Positions 1 to 9,011 of a stretch of 64,000 nt of DNA are shown here, one piece after another. This DNA is from an uncultured Rikenellaceae bacterium (GTDB lineage Bacteria > Bacteroidota > Bacteroidia > Bacteroidales > VadinHA17). A program made the position numbers and the translations under genes. The stretch lies in contig CAZFVQ010000010.1 of assembly GCA_964522415.1 (NCBI GenBank), forward strand, positions 7,857-71,856, in the 5' to 3' direction. The notes below the pieces were generated by a model. It did not search any database, was not told the origin of the DNA, and saw nothing but the letters and a program-made list of their open reading frames with translations. Position 1 is the stretch's first letter. Each line of letters starts with the position of its first letter.

Positions 1-394
1 TGTGATAATCCGTAATCAGTGCCAGTCCGGCAGGTATGTACAGGGCTTCGCTTACACCCATGACTGCCCGGAGCACGTAAAGCTGCCTGAAAGTTGTTGC
101 AAATCCCATTGTAAGAGTAACGCCCGACCATACAAACAGACTACCTGCAATCAGCCATTTCCTGTTAATGCGGTCAGCTGCCAGGCCGGCCACGGGTGAC
201 ATCAGTCCGTATATCCAAAGGAAAACAGCCATCAGACGTCCAAAATTTTCGGCCATCTCCAGTTCCCTGATATCTCCCATTATGGCAAGCTTCATCGTTG
301 AAAGCATCTGACGATCAAGATAATTCAGAAGAGCCACCATCCATAGAAGGGCTACAACAAGCCAGGGGTACCAGGATTTATTCCTGATTGTCAT
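1..394 (-). CDS. MFS transporter, N-terminal ~131 codons only (gene runs off the left edge); NanT-like by context
   Basis: Absent from the ORF track because no stop lies in the window. Manual reverse translation from the ATG (complement of 392-394) gives MTIRNKSWYPWLVVALLWMVALLNYLDRQMLSTMKLAIMGD...GLMSPVAGLAADRINRKWLIAGSL..., open to position 2. It shows a hydrophobic TM pattern and the MFS motif-A-like loop G-x-x-A-D-R-x-N-R-K. It is the last gene of the sialidase-lyase-epimerase string. Confidence 0.75.
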   Translation of the reverse strand, partial: MTIRNKSWYPWLVVALLWMVALLNYLDRQMLSTMKLAIMGDIRELEMAENFGRLMAVFLWIYGLMSPVAGLAADRINRKWLIAGSLFVWSGVTLTMGFATTFRQLYVLRAVMGVSEALYIPAGLALITDYH

Positions 395-454
395 AAAGTC
401 ATTATTAGAAAAATACACAAAACATGAAAAACCGTATGGGTACTACTGCCGGAA

Positions 455-1639
455 TCATCCGGTCTGTTCTTCGGAAAGTTTCTCAAGTATCCGCCACACC
501 TGATACAATCCTCTCGGCACATGGAAACAGCCCTTCCATTTTCCGCCCTTCAGGGGAAGAAGAACCTCCCCCCTCCTGTTCAGATATCCGAACCATTCTC
601 CATGTGCCGGATCCGGAAAGTGTGACCAGGTATATTCATGCAAGGTTTTAAACCATGTCAGGCATTCGGGGTTACGGGTAAAATAATAGGCTTTGATCAG
701 ACTGATAAGTGTCTCTATATGAACCCACCATAGTTTCTGGTCCCACTCCAGCTGCTGGACAGGCTTTCCCATTATATCCATGAAATAGTATATTCCTCCG
801 TATTCATTATCCCAGCTGTAATTCAATATATCAAGAGTTATCCTGACAGCTTTTTCCAGCAAATCCCTGTTACTGTTCCGCACTGCAAGATCCATAATGA
901 ACCACATTGCCTCAATTCCGTGTCCGGGATTAAGGAGGCGGCCTTCAAAGGAATCCGAAAAACTGCCGTCGGTATTTACATTCTCCCTGATCAGGCCTGT
1001 TGCCTTGTCATAAAACACCTCCGTCACTTCATGAATACAGCGGTCAATCGTTTCATTCACAAAACTCCGGTCAAGAAGATGTTCTATCTCAAGAGATAAA
1101 TTACAAAGTATCATTGGAAGGGAAAATCCTTTCAGAGGCCGGGTTCCGCCAATGGTTTTACTGTAAACACCCTTGGGATTATTCTCCCTGGCCAGGATAT
1201 TCCTGAAGGTTTTAACGGCAATCTGCGAATAGTGATCATTGCCCGTAGCTTTTGCAAGCTGCCCGAATGCCATGGTGACAAAACAATCGGAAAAAATATT
1301 ATATGGCACAATCAATGGTTTGCCTTCCCTGTTCAGGGAAAAATACCAGTCACCATTTCTGTCCCGCCCGTATTTCTCGAGAAATTCTGCTCCATGTCTT
1401 GCTGTTTTAAGCCAGTCACTATTCTTCTCCACATTATTATAAAGGGTGGAAAACATCCATACCTGCCGCCCCTGCAACCAGATAAACTTGTCGGTGTCAT
1501 ACACCTCTCCCGCCCTGCCAAGACATGTAAAATAACCTCCATGCTCACTATCCACTGAAAATTTTTCCCAGAAGGGAATAACACTGTTCAGCAGTTCATT
1601 TTTATACTGCTCTGCAAGAGTTGAAAAATCGTTCAACAT
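455..1639 (-). CDS. N-acylglucosamine 2-epimerase (AGE / renin-binding-protein family; Bacteroides-type sialate-pathway epimerase)
   Basis: 394-aa ORF with AGE-family-like segments (IPFWEKFSVDSEHGGYF, KLWWVHIETL, GEWFGYLNRRGE, GGKWKGCFHVPR). It starts 22 nt downstream of the lyase gene on the same strand. Confidence 0.85.
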   Translation of the reverse strand: MLNDFSTLAEQYKNELLNSVIPFWEKFSVDSEHGGYFTCLGRAGEVYDTDKFIWLQGRQVWMFSTLYNNVEKNSDWLKTARHGAEFLEKYGRDRNGDWYFSLNREGKPLIVPYNIFSDCFVTMAFGQLAKATGNDHYSQIAVKTFRNILARENNPKGVYSKTIGGTRPLKGFSLPMILCNLSLEIEHLLDRSFVNETIDRCIHEVTEVFYDKATGLIRENVNTDGSFSDSFEGRLLNPGHGIEAMWFIMDLAVRNSNRDLLEKAVRITLDILNYSWDNEYGGIYYFMDIMGKPVQQLEWDQKLWWVHIETLISLIKAYYFTRNPECLTWFKTLHEYTWSHFPDPAHGEWFGYLNRRGEVLLPLKGGKWKGCFHVPRGLYQVWRILEKLSEEQTG

Positions 1640-1661
1640 TTTTTAAATTATTTATAGCGTA

Positions 1662-2588
1662 TTACTTTTTTGAAAAGAGCTGATCCATATCAAGCAGTCT
1701 GACATCTTCCCTGAATGCATTGAAACACTCATCAGTCATTCCCCGGACAGGCGGCCTGAATTTGCCGAAATCGAATCCGGCAAGTTTCATGTAGGCTTTT
1801 CCGGTGACCATGCCTCCGTATTTATCAAGGAGGTAAATCATATCAATCGACTTTTGCTGCAACTCCCTTGCTTTTTTTATGTCGCCTTCATTAAATGCCT
1901 TAATAAGAGCGTTATACAAAGGTGCTGCATAATTATATGTACTTCCTACAAATCCCCGGCATCCAAGGGCAAGGGCTGCAAGCATGCATTCGTCCCTGCC
2001 ATAAAGCATGTCATAGATTCCGCCGCCGAAATTTATGCACGACATGAAATCCATCAGATCTTCGTCGGTATATTTCAATCCGGCAAAATTGGGAAGCATG
2101 TTTGTTATTTTCTTCAGGAATTCTAACATTGGCATTTTTACCCCGGTAAGAACCGGTATGTGATAAAAATATACCGGCATTTCCGGTACTGATTCACCCG
2201 TCAGTGCAACAAATTCCGCAAGGGCCCCGGGGTCAGGTGGTTTGAAATAATACGGGGCCACCACTGCAATTGCCGACAGTCCGGTTTCTTTGGAAAATAC
2301 TGCATTTTCCATACATTCCCGGTAGGATGTTCCACCAACCATATTGATAACTCTAACCCTCCCGTCACTCTTAAGGCACTGTGCCCACTTTTCTGCCTGA
2401 AGATATTTTTCTTTTTGAGTAAGTGAAGGGCCTTCACCCGTTGAGCCGTTGATAAATGCACCGGCAACACCATTTTCGGCAAGAAAATCATAATATTCCG
2501 GTATCAGTTCATCAAACAGATTTCCCTTACTGTCCATCGGTGTGAAGGGAGCAGCCACAAGGCCTTCAAATTTCTGGAATTTCAGCAT
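1662..2588 (-). CDS. nanA: N-acetylneuraminate lyase (DHDPS/NAL class I aldolase family)
   Basis: 308-aa ORF with a GSTGEG motif (INGSTGEGPSL) and the Schiff-base lysine context FAGLKYTDED. It sits between the sialidase and the AGE epimerase. Confidence 0.85.
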   Translation of the reverse strand: MLKFQKFEGLVAAPFTPMDSKGNLFDELIPEYYDFLAENGVAGAFINGSTGEGPSLTQKEKYLQAEKWAQCLKSDGRVRVINMVGGTSYRECMENAVFSKETGLSAIAVVAPYYFKPPDPGALAEFVALTGESVPEMPVYFYHIPVLTGVKMPMLEFLKKITNMLPNFAGLKYTDEDLMDFMSCINFGGGIYDMLYGRDECMLAALALGCRGFVGSTYNYAAPLYNALIKAFNEGDIKKARELQQKSIDMIYLLDKYGGMVTGKAYMKLAGFDFGKFRPPVRGMTDECFNAFREDVRLLDMDQLFSKK

Positions 2589-2675
2589 AATTAATAATTA
2601 TAACAGTCTATTTCGGTTTAAAATTCAAGAGTGGTAATTCATTGCAATTTAGTCATGCGGAATCCGGATATACTT

Positions 2676-4391
2676 CTAAAAGATTCCTTTTAAAATATCT
2701 TCCACCGGTATTTTCTGAAAATAAAGCTCTTTGACGGCTTCGTAAAGGATTCCGACAGTTTTTTCATCAACCATGGTAAGACAGGAATAACCGAATCCTT
2801 CAGGATCGTAAATCCCGAGCCGGTATTCTTCCGGCCAGCTCATACCTTCATCGAGGCTTGCCTTGATCGTCATATTTGTTCTGGTATCTCTGCTGTCCGG
2901 ATTCGAGAAGAACAATACCTTTTTAATTGTACCGCCAATATTAATATCAGCTGCTATCAGGCTGGCCATGCAATTTGGTTCAGGCAAAAGGGAATTGGAT
3001 GACGGATGCTTTGTCCAGGTCATTCCAAGATCAGATGTTACAGAAACAGCCCTGCCGTTTGATCCGCTTTTGTCACTGCGGTTCAGATCATCCCGCATAT
3101 TAAGCATAAGACTGCCGTCACTCAGCTCAATCACCTGAGCCTCGGTAGTATTGGGTTTTGCTCCTTTTCCTATTTGCCAGCTTTGGCCATTGTCCTTACT
3201 GTATACAATGCTTGAATGACAGGTATATTTCCCGCCGTCTATGGCGGGTGTCCCCAGATCAGTCTTGAACTGGGCAGGAAATACAAGTGTTCCGTCAGTC
3301 ATGGTAATCCCGCGTCCGGGTCCCTGAAGCAACAGCTGCCAGGCCGGATCTTTTATCTGACCGGTTACATTGACAGGATCTGACCAGCTGATCCCGTCAT
3401 CCATACTTTTCACCAACATGAACTGGCCTGTCACTTCAGGATCCATCCCGGGCCCTGAGGCAAACCACAGCATTTCATCATATGAACCTCCACTCTTCCA
3501 CAGTGCTGCAACCCAGATGGTATTGGTCACATGATCATACAGGATACTGGGATCCCCTATACCATTAAGCCTTTCCGCCCTTCCCCCGTAGTCGCGCATA
3601 TCCATTATTACCTTCATTGGCTCCCAGCTCTCCCCTCCGTCAGTACTCCTGCTCATGCCAACGTCGATGTCCTCCTGCAGATCCTTGCTTCTGTTGTACC
3701 TGTTGTCATAAACCGCAATCAGTGTTCCGGAACCGGTAGTGATCAGTCCGGGTATACGGTAAGTGTCACAATTATCCTGTCCGGCTTCCCTGAGAATCAT
3801 CCCAAAACGAAGTGTTCTGTTTTCAGGGGATAACAGCAGATCAACCGACTTCCCACCGAAAAAAAAGATCCTGATACTTTTGACAATGATTTTTGCAGTC
3901 AGGCAGGGATTTACCGACGGGCTGAATGAAACCCCGATTTTAAGGGATTTGTCTCCTGCCGGAATATTTCCTTTTATTTTATTGTTTGCACTGACTTTGT
4001 CAATGCTCCCGAAAAGGAATGAACCTGCAGACTCAGCTGTTTCGCCCGCGACAGGATCAGATGGCTTGCCGCCCGGATCAGCTGATTCGCCATAAGAATC
4101 AGATTCCCCGTAATAATAAACCTGTATTGAAGAAAGGTTTTCAACATCGGCAGTCTCTTGAAGTTTTATATCTATTCGCTTTACTGAAAGCTGTTTTTCC
4201 TGTGGACTGGCCGGTGGAATGTCAATTGTTAACAGCTCATTCCGACTCCTTCCGGCCAGAATAGGTTGTTTTTTCAATTTCAGAATGATTCCCCTGTTGT
4301 TCTGAAAATTCTCATTTCGCGTTTGCGGTTCCTGACAGCCTGTTAAAAAGGCAATAATAGCAGAAATCAACAATATTGATCTGATTTTCAT
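2676..4391 (-). CDS. nanH: Exo-alpha-sialidase (GH33) with N-terminal lipoprotein signal and N-terminal accessory domain
   Basis: YRIPGL (RIP motif) and five Asp-boxes (SRSTDGGESW, SMDDGISW, SKDNGQSW, TSDLGMTW, SLDEGMSW). I moved the start to the internal Met MKIRSILLISAIIAFLTGCQ (complement of 4389-4391), which gives a lipobox. The ORF-track start at 4466 adds 25 non-signal residues. Confidence 0.9.
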   Translation of the reverse strand: MKIRSILLISAIIAFLTGCQEPQTRNENFQNNRGIILKLKKQPILAGRSRNELLTIDIPPASPQEKQLSVKRIDIKLQETADVENLSSIQVYYYGESDSYGESADPGGKPSDPVAGETAESAGSFLFGSIDKVSANNKIKGNIPAGDKSLKIGVSFSPSVNPCLTAKIIVKSIRIFFFGGKSVDLLLSPENRTLRFGMILREAGQDNCDTYRIPGLITTGSGTLIAVYDNRYNRSKDLQEDIDVGMSRSTDGGESWEPMKVIMDMRDYGGRAERLNGIGDPSILYDHVTNTIWVAALWKSGGSYDEMLWFASGPGMDPEVTGQFMLVKSMDDGISWSDPVNVTGQIKDPAWQLLLQGPGRGITMTDGTLVFPAQFKTDLGTPAIDGGKYTCHSSIVYSKDNGQSWQIGKGAKPNTTEAQVIELSDGSLMLNMRDDLNRSDKSGSNGRAVSVTSDLGMTWTKHPSSNSLLPEPNCMASLIAADINIGGTIKKVLFFSNPDSRDTRTNMTIKASLDEGMSWPEEYRLGIYDPEGFGYSCLTMVDEKTVGILYEAVKELYFQKIPVEDILKGIF

Positions 4392-4510
4392 AATATTACT
4401 ATGCTTAAAAGATAGAACAAACTCACCAATAAATATACTAATTTTATGTATTTTTAAAAATTGCATAAGCTCCTGTCAGACACGGGAAGCAATTTTCAAA
4501 CATTAGGGTT

Positions 4511-4577
4511 TTCCCGGCAAACCGGGGCAAGTCCCCGATAAATCGGGGCAAGTTATCCGATCTTTAAAATTAAAATA
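4511..4577 (+). repeat. Tandem 21-nt CCCG(G)-N4-(C)CGGG hairpin units (2.5 copies) plus a conserved AAAATTAAAATA tail; copy 1 of a dispersed intergenic element
   Basis: The units are ttcccggcaaaccggggcaag / tccccgataaatcggggcaag / ttatccgatc-tttaaaattaaaata. The element lies in the divergent sialidase / GH92 promoter region and is homologous to 34746-34837. Confidence 0.65.
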
Positions 4578-4584
4578 TATTCTG

Positions 4585-6948
4585 ATGAAAAAGGTACTGA
4601 TATTAACAGGCATTACAGTTTTTTTTCTTTTCATTTCATTTTCATGCAGAACTGAAAAAACAGCAGAAGAGAAAGAAGATCTTACAAAATATGTTGATCC
4701 CCAGATAGGAACAGCACATTGCAGGTGGTTCCATGTTGCCCCGGGAGCCAGTCCCTTCGGTATGGCAAAGCCCGGCCCCTCTACTGACGGGCATCTTGGA
4801 AATGCCAGCGGATGGGAGGCTGTCGGTTATGATTTCAGACACAATTCAATTGAAGGTTTTCCGAATTTCCATGAATTCCAGATCGGAGGAGTTGTATTCA
4901 TGCCAAGCAACGGCGAACTCAGAACAATTCCCGGCAACCCTGACTTTTCCGACAGGGGATACCGGTCAAAATTCGATAAAGAGGACGAAATCCTCAATCC
5001 CGGTTATTATTCAGTCATTCTTAAGGATTACAATATCAGGGCTGAACTGACATCAACCGACAGGGTCAGCTTTCACCGCTACACATTCCCGGAAAATAAA
5101 AAATCCCACATTCTTTTTGACATAGGAAACAGGCAGGGCGAGAGTGGCGAAGTCAGGAATGCATCCGTTGTCCTTGCACAGGACGGGCATGTTGAGGGAT
5201 TTGTGGAGACATATCCGGAATATGTGAAGAAATATCAGACCGGCGCAAGCGTCAGAATGTACTTTTATGCAATACTTGACAAAGAACCCGATGAATACGG
5301 AATATTTCACGAAACAAGAACAGAAGCCGGAAAAAAAGAAGCAACAGGCAGAGGTGCAGGTCTCTACCTTACCTTTTCCACCCGGGATAACGAAAGCATA
5401 ACCATCAAGGCAGGCTTATCGTACACATCCATTGAAAATGCCCGTCTTAACCTCGGGGCAGAAGCATGGGATACCGGTTTTGATGAAGCCAGAAATGCCG
5501 CACATGAAAACTGGAATGCATGGCTGGGAAGAATTCATGTTGAAGGAAACAATCATGAAGACAAGGTCAAATTCTACACCGGACTATATCATGCCCTGCT
5601 CGGAAGGGGTCTGGCCAGCGATGTCAGCGGAGCCTATCCGAAGCATGACGGGACCAACGGTATGATACCCATGGGAAGCGACAACAAGCCGGAATTCAGG
5701 TTTTACAACACCGATGCAATATGGGGAGGACAATGGAACCTGTTACAGCTTTGGGCCCTGGCCTATCCTGAATACACAAGCGATTTTGTAAAAACACATC
5801 TCCGGGTTTATGAAGATGCAGGATGGCTGGGTGACGGTCTGGCATGCAGCAAATACGTTTCAGGTGTGGGTACCAACCAGGTTCCCCTCGCCATTGTTAG
5901 TGCATATATGTGCGGCATCAGGGATTTTAACCTTCAGAAAGGCTATGAAGCTTCCCTGAAAAATGAGACTGTTTCAGAAAACAGGGTATTCGGTGCCGGG
6001 AAAATGGATGTGGGCGAATTTGTGAAATATGGCTATGTCCCGTATAAATCAACAGGGAAAGGTGCTGATGAATTGTGGAAATTTTCCTGCTCACACACCC
6101 TGGAGTATTCATTTACTTCATATGCTGTGGCACAATTTGCAAAAGCTCTCGGAAAGAATGACGACTATGAAATGCTGATGGAATTGTCCAAAGGCTGGGA
6201 GAAAATATATCATCCGGAAAGAAAAATGATGTGGCCTTTGTTCGAAGACGGCAGCTTTAACGAAAATTTCGATGCTACAGTACCACATGACGGATTCCAG
6301 GAAGGAAACGCAATGCAATATACTTTTTATGTTCCCCACGATCCCGAAGGTATTGCCGGCAGGACAGGACTTGAAGAATTCAATATCAGGCTCGACAGCA
6401 CTTTCCTTATCTCTCAAAAAGATATATTCGGCGGTGGAACGGAAATCCATGCATTTGCAGGAATAACCAAACCCTATAACCACGGAAATCAGCCCTGTCT
6501 GCACACATCATGGCTGTTCAACCATACAGGTGAACCTTCAAAGACCCAGAAATGGGTAAGAGCAATATTGAATGATTTTTACGGTACGGAAGGTATCCAT
6601 GGCTATGGTTACGGACAGGATGAGGACCAGGGTCAGCTTGGTGCATGGTATGTTATGTCGGCAATGGGATTATTTGATGTAAAAGGACTTACAGAATCCC
6701 ATCCTCTGTTCAGCATAGGAAGTCCGCTTTTTGACAGAATAACCATTAATCTGAACGGCAAATACTATTCCGGAAAACAGTTTATTATTGAAACAGAAAA
6801 TAATAGTCATGAAAATATTTATATTCAGTCCATATCAGTCAATGGCAGTAATCTGAGCTCCACATTCATCCCCTTTGAGGATGTAGTAAAGGGAGGAGTA
6901 ATGCTGATCAGGCTGGGCAATGAGCCCGGGGGAATATCCGGATTTTAA
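4585..6948 (+). CDS. GH92 family alpha-mannosidase, lipoprotein
   Basis: 787-aa ORF with signal plus lipobox (FLFISFSC). It has a GH92-like N-terminal signature (VDPQIGTAHCRWFHVAPGASPFGMAKPGPST) and the size typical of GH92. Confidence 0.85.
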   Translation: MKKVLILTGITVFFLFISFSCRTEKTAEEKEDLTKYVDPQIGTAHCRWFHVAPGASPFGMAKPGPSTDGHLGNASGWEAVGYDFRHNSIEGFPNFHEFQIGGVVFMPSNGELRTIPGNPDFSDRGYRSKFDKEDEILNPGYYSVILKDYNIRAELTSTDRVSFHRYTFPENKKSHILFDIGNRQGESGEVRNASVVLAQDGHVEGFVETYPEYVKKYQTGASVRMYFYAILDKEPDEYGIFHETRTEAGKKEATGRGAGLYLTFSTRDNESITIKAGLSYTSIENARLNLGAEAWDTGFDEARNAAHENWNAWLGRIHVEGNNHEDKVKFYTGLYHALLGRGLASDVSGAYPKHDGTNGMIPMGSDNKPEFRFYNTDAIWGGQWNLLQLWALAYPEYTSDFVKTHLRVYEDAGWLGDGLACSKYVSGVGTNQVPLAIVSAYMCGIRDFNLQKGYEASLKNETVSENRVFGAGKMDVGEFVKYGYVPYKSTGKGADELWKFSCSHTLEYSFTSYAVAQFAKALGKNDDYEMLMELSKGWEKIYHPERKMMWPLFEDGSFNENFDATVPHDGFQEGNAMQYTFYVPHDPEGIAGRTGLEEFNIRLDSTFLISQKDIFGGGTEIHAFAGITKPYNHGNQPCLHTSWLFNHTGEPSKTQKWVRAILNDFYGTEGIHGYGYGQDEDQGQLGAWYVMSAMGLFDVKGLTESHPLFSIGSPLFDRITINLNGKYYSGKQFIIETENNSHENIYIQSISVNGSNLSSTFIPFEDVVKGGVMLIRLGNEPGGISGF

Positions 6949-7045
6949 AACGGAATATTAACACTCACTGCAAAATAACACGGATTCAGGAAAATAATTT
7001 ACTCCAACCCGCTAATAACCAGAGAAATTCAAAATTATAAAAGAT

Positions 7046-8215
7046 ATGCATTTCAGCAGACGTAAATTCCTAAGAAAATCCCTCACCTCAGCTGCCGGAC
7101 TGGCGGCAATAAATGTATTTCCTGAAGATATGCCATTTGGAAATCTCCACAAAACCAGTTATCCTGAAGAAATAATACTCAGGCCGGCAACAGGAACGAA
7201 TCCCAAAGAATCGATCAGATTCTCCGTTATAGGATTAAATCATGACCATATTTACGGGATGGCAGGTGCAATTATTAACGGAGGCGGAAAACTGGTTTCA
7301 GTTTATGCCCGGGAACCCGAATTGCTCAAACCATTTACAAAAAGATTTCCCGGTGTCAGAATAGCGGAAAGCGAGAAAGAAATACTTGAAGATCCTTCAG
7401 TTCAACTGGTTGCCAGCGCATCCATTCCTGCCGACCGGGCCCCGCTGGGGATACGTGTAATGAAGTCAGGCAAAGACTTCATGGCCGACAAACCCGGAAT
7501 TGTAACACTTAATCAGCTTGATGAGGTGAGGAAAGTGCAAAAGAGCAGCGGCCGCATATATTCCATCATGTACAGTGAACGTCTGGGAAATCCCGCCTCG
7601 GTACAGGCGGGCAAGCTGATAGAGGCGGGAGCTATCGGCCAGGTGGTTCAGACCATAGGTCTCGGACCGCACAGAATGAGGCCCGCTTCCCGTCCCGAAT
7701 GGTTTTTTGATCCGGGAAAGGCAGGCGGCATTCTATGTGACATCGGTTCCCACCAGTGCGACCAGTTCCTGTTTTATACAGGTTCAAAACAGGCGGAAGT
7801 CAGTTTTGCGCAGACCGGGAATTTTGCCAATGGAAAATATCCCTTATTTCAGGATTTTGGCGATATGAGCGTCAGAAGTCCGCATGCAAGCGGATACATC
7901 CGCATCGACTGGTTCACACCCGACGGGCTGAATACATGGGGAGACGGCAGGACCTTTATACTGGGAACAGAAGGATATCTAGAAATGAGAAAATATACCG
8001 ATATTGCCGGCCGTGAAGGAGGGAATCATCTTTTTCTTGTAAATAACAAAGAAACAAAATATTACAACTGCTCTGAAGTATATATGCCCTACGGGGAACA
8101 GCTTGTCAACGATGTTGTCAACCGTACCGAAACAGCAATGACACAGGACCATTGCTTTCTTGCTTCCGAACTGGCCATCAGGGCCCAGAATATGGCTTTC
8201 AGAATGACGGTATGA
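7046..8215 (+). CDS. Gfo/Idh/MocA-family NAD(P)-dependent oxidoreductase with twin-arginine signal
   Basis: The leader MHFSRRKFLRKSLTSAAGLAAI matches S-R-R-x-F-L-K. The N-terminal Rossmann segment is RFSVIGLNHDHIYG. Size is 389 aa. Confidence 0.8.
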   Translation: MHFSRRKFLRKSLTSAAGLAAINVFPEDMPFGNLHKTSYPEEIILRPATGTNPKESIRFSVIGLNHDHIYGMAGAIINGGGKLVSVYAREPELLKPFTKRFPGVRIAESEKEILEDPSVQLVASASIPADRAPLGIRVMKSGKDFMADKPGIVTLNQLDEVRKVQKSSGRIYSIMYSERLGNPASVQAGKLIEAGAIGQVVQTIGLGPHRMRPASRPEWFFDPGKAGGILCDIGSHQCDQFLFYTGSKQAEVSFAQTGNFANGKYPLFQDFGDMSVRSPHASGYIRIDWFTPDGLNTWGDGRTFILGTEGYLEMRKYTDIAGREGGNHLFLVNNKETKYYNCSEVYMPYGEQLVNDVVNRTETAMTQDHCFLASELAIRAQNMAFRMTV

Positions 8216-8242
8216 TATATAATTTCACCCTGTCAGCAAGAC

Positions 8243-8488
8243 GGATGAGATGGGATGAGACGGGACGGGATGGGATGAGATGAGATGAGATGGGATGGAA
8301 TGGAAGGAAAGGAAAGGAAATGAAATAAAATGAGTTGAATTGAGTTGAATTAAAATAAGAAGAGAAGATAAGAGAAAAAAAGAAATGGAAGGAGATGGAA
8401 GGGGAAAGGGAAAGGGAAAAGAAAGAGAAAGGAAAGGAAAAGAAAAGGAAAAGAAAAGAAATGAAATGAGAAGACAGGAAAAGGAGAT
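8243..8488 (+). repeat. C-depleted G/A-rich low-complexity tract (GATGA/GATGG, GGAAA, GAAAA-type degenerate microrepeats)
   Basis: Direct reading finds only 3 C residues in 246 nt (at 8261, 8266 and 8475) and none at all in 8267-8474 (208 nt). It includes a local direct repeat atgagttgaat x2 (8330-8351). It lies between the oxidoreductase stop and the PNPOx-family start. Confidence 0.9.
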
Positions 8489-8867
8489 CCGTGACAGTAA
8501 TATTATCGGGGAAATTCTGGAAAAATCGATGGTATGCCGCCTTGGCCTGGTTGACAATGACGAAGCATACATAGTTCCTGTAAACTATGCCTACGATGAG
8601 GGAAAGATTTATATCCATTCAGCCCCCGAAGGCAGAAAGATCAGGCTGATAAAAAGCTGCAGCCTTGTGAGTTTTGAAGCAGAGCTTTCCTTTGAGATCA
8701 TCTGGGGAAAGGTTCCGTGCCAGTGGTCGGCAAAATACCGCTCTGTAACGGGAAAAGGCATTATCACAATTGAAGATGATGCGGAGTCGAAAAAGCACGG
8801 CATGGACCTGATAATGAAAAAGTACGGTGCCGGCACAGGCCTTGTTTATGATGAAGAATCCCTGTAA
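8466..8867 (+). CDS. Pyridoxamine 5'-phosphate oxidase-family (FMN-binding split-barrel) protein
   Basis: MRRQEKEIRDSNIIGEILEKSMVCRLGLVDNDEAYIVPVNYAYDEGKIYIHSAPEGRKI... is the typical PNPOx-like/Nim-like N-terminus. I placed the start at the ATG at 8466. The ORF-track start at 8385 would add a G/K/E low-complexity artefact from the C-free tract. Confidence 0.7.
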   Translation: MRRQEKEIRDSNIIGEILEKSMVCRLGLVDNDEAYIVPVNYAYDEGKIYIHSAPEGRKIRLIKSCSLVSFEAELSFEIIWGKVPCQWSAKYRSVTGKGIITIEDDAESKKHGMDLIMKKYGAGTGLVYDEESL

Positions 8868-9011
8868 TCCGGCCCTGCCGCCTGTGATGGTCACTTTGGC
8901 CAAAAGTACCGCAGATAATACAAAGCAGCTGAAAAACAAAGGCAGGGAAATATTTTTAAAAGAAATAATCCTTACAGATATCATTATTTTTTATTCGGAA
9001 CTATAAAAAAT

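Noticed and set aside
4392-4466. Longer ORF-track starts for several genes: sialidase 4466, hflC 14758, amidohydrolase 23756, TIM-barrel TTG 25230, pgl 31595, GH-like GTG 35145, hydA TTG 51563, TPR 53937, LTxxQ 56762, sigma 57662, DUF62 TTG 61041
   Set aside because: The upstream extensions either destroy an otherwise clean signal peptide, overlap the preceding gene, or (at 53937) sit inside a terminator stem. Internal ATG codons give conventional N-termini.
4511-4577. A CRISPR array as the explanation for the tandem ~21-nt units (also at 34746-34837)
   Set aside because: The units abut each other without spacers. There are only 2-3 copies, the units are degenerate, and no cas genes lie in the window.
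8199-8618. Two overlapping minus-strand ORFs (139 and 115 aa) and the 27-codon N-terminal extension of the plus-strand ORF starting at 8385
   Set aside because: All three are by-products of the C-free tract, because a stop-poor polypyrimidine or purine strand gives F/S/L/P- or G/K/E-only low-complexity translations. The PNPOx-like homology begins only at the Met at 8466.
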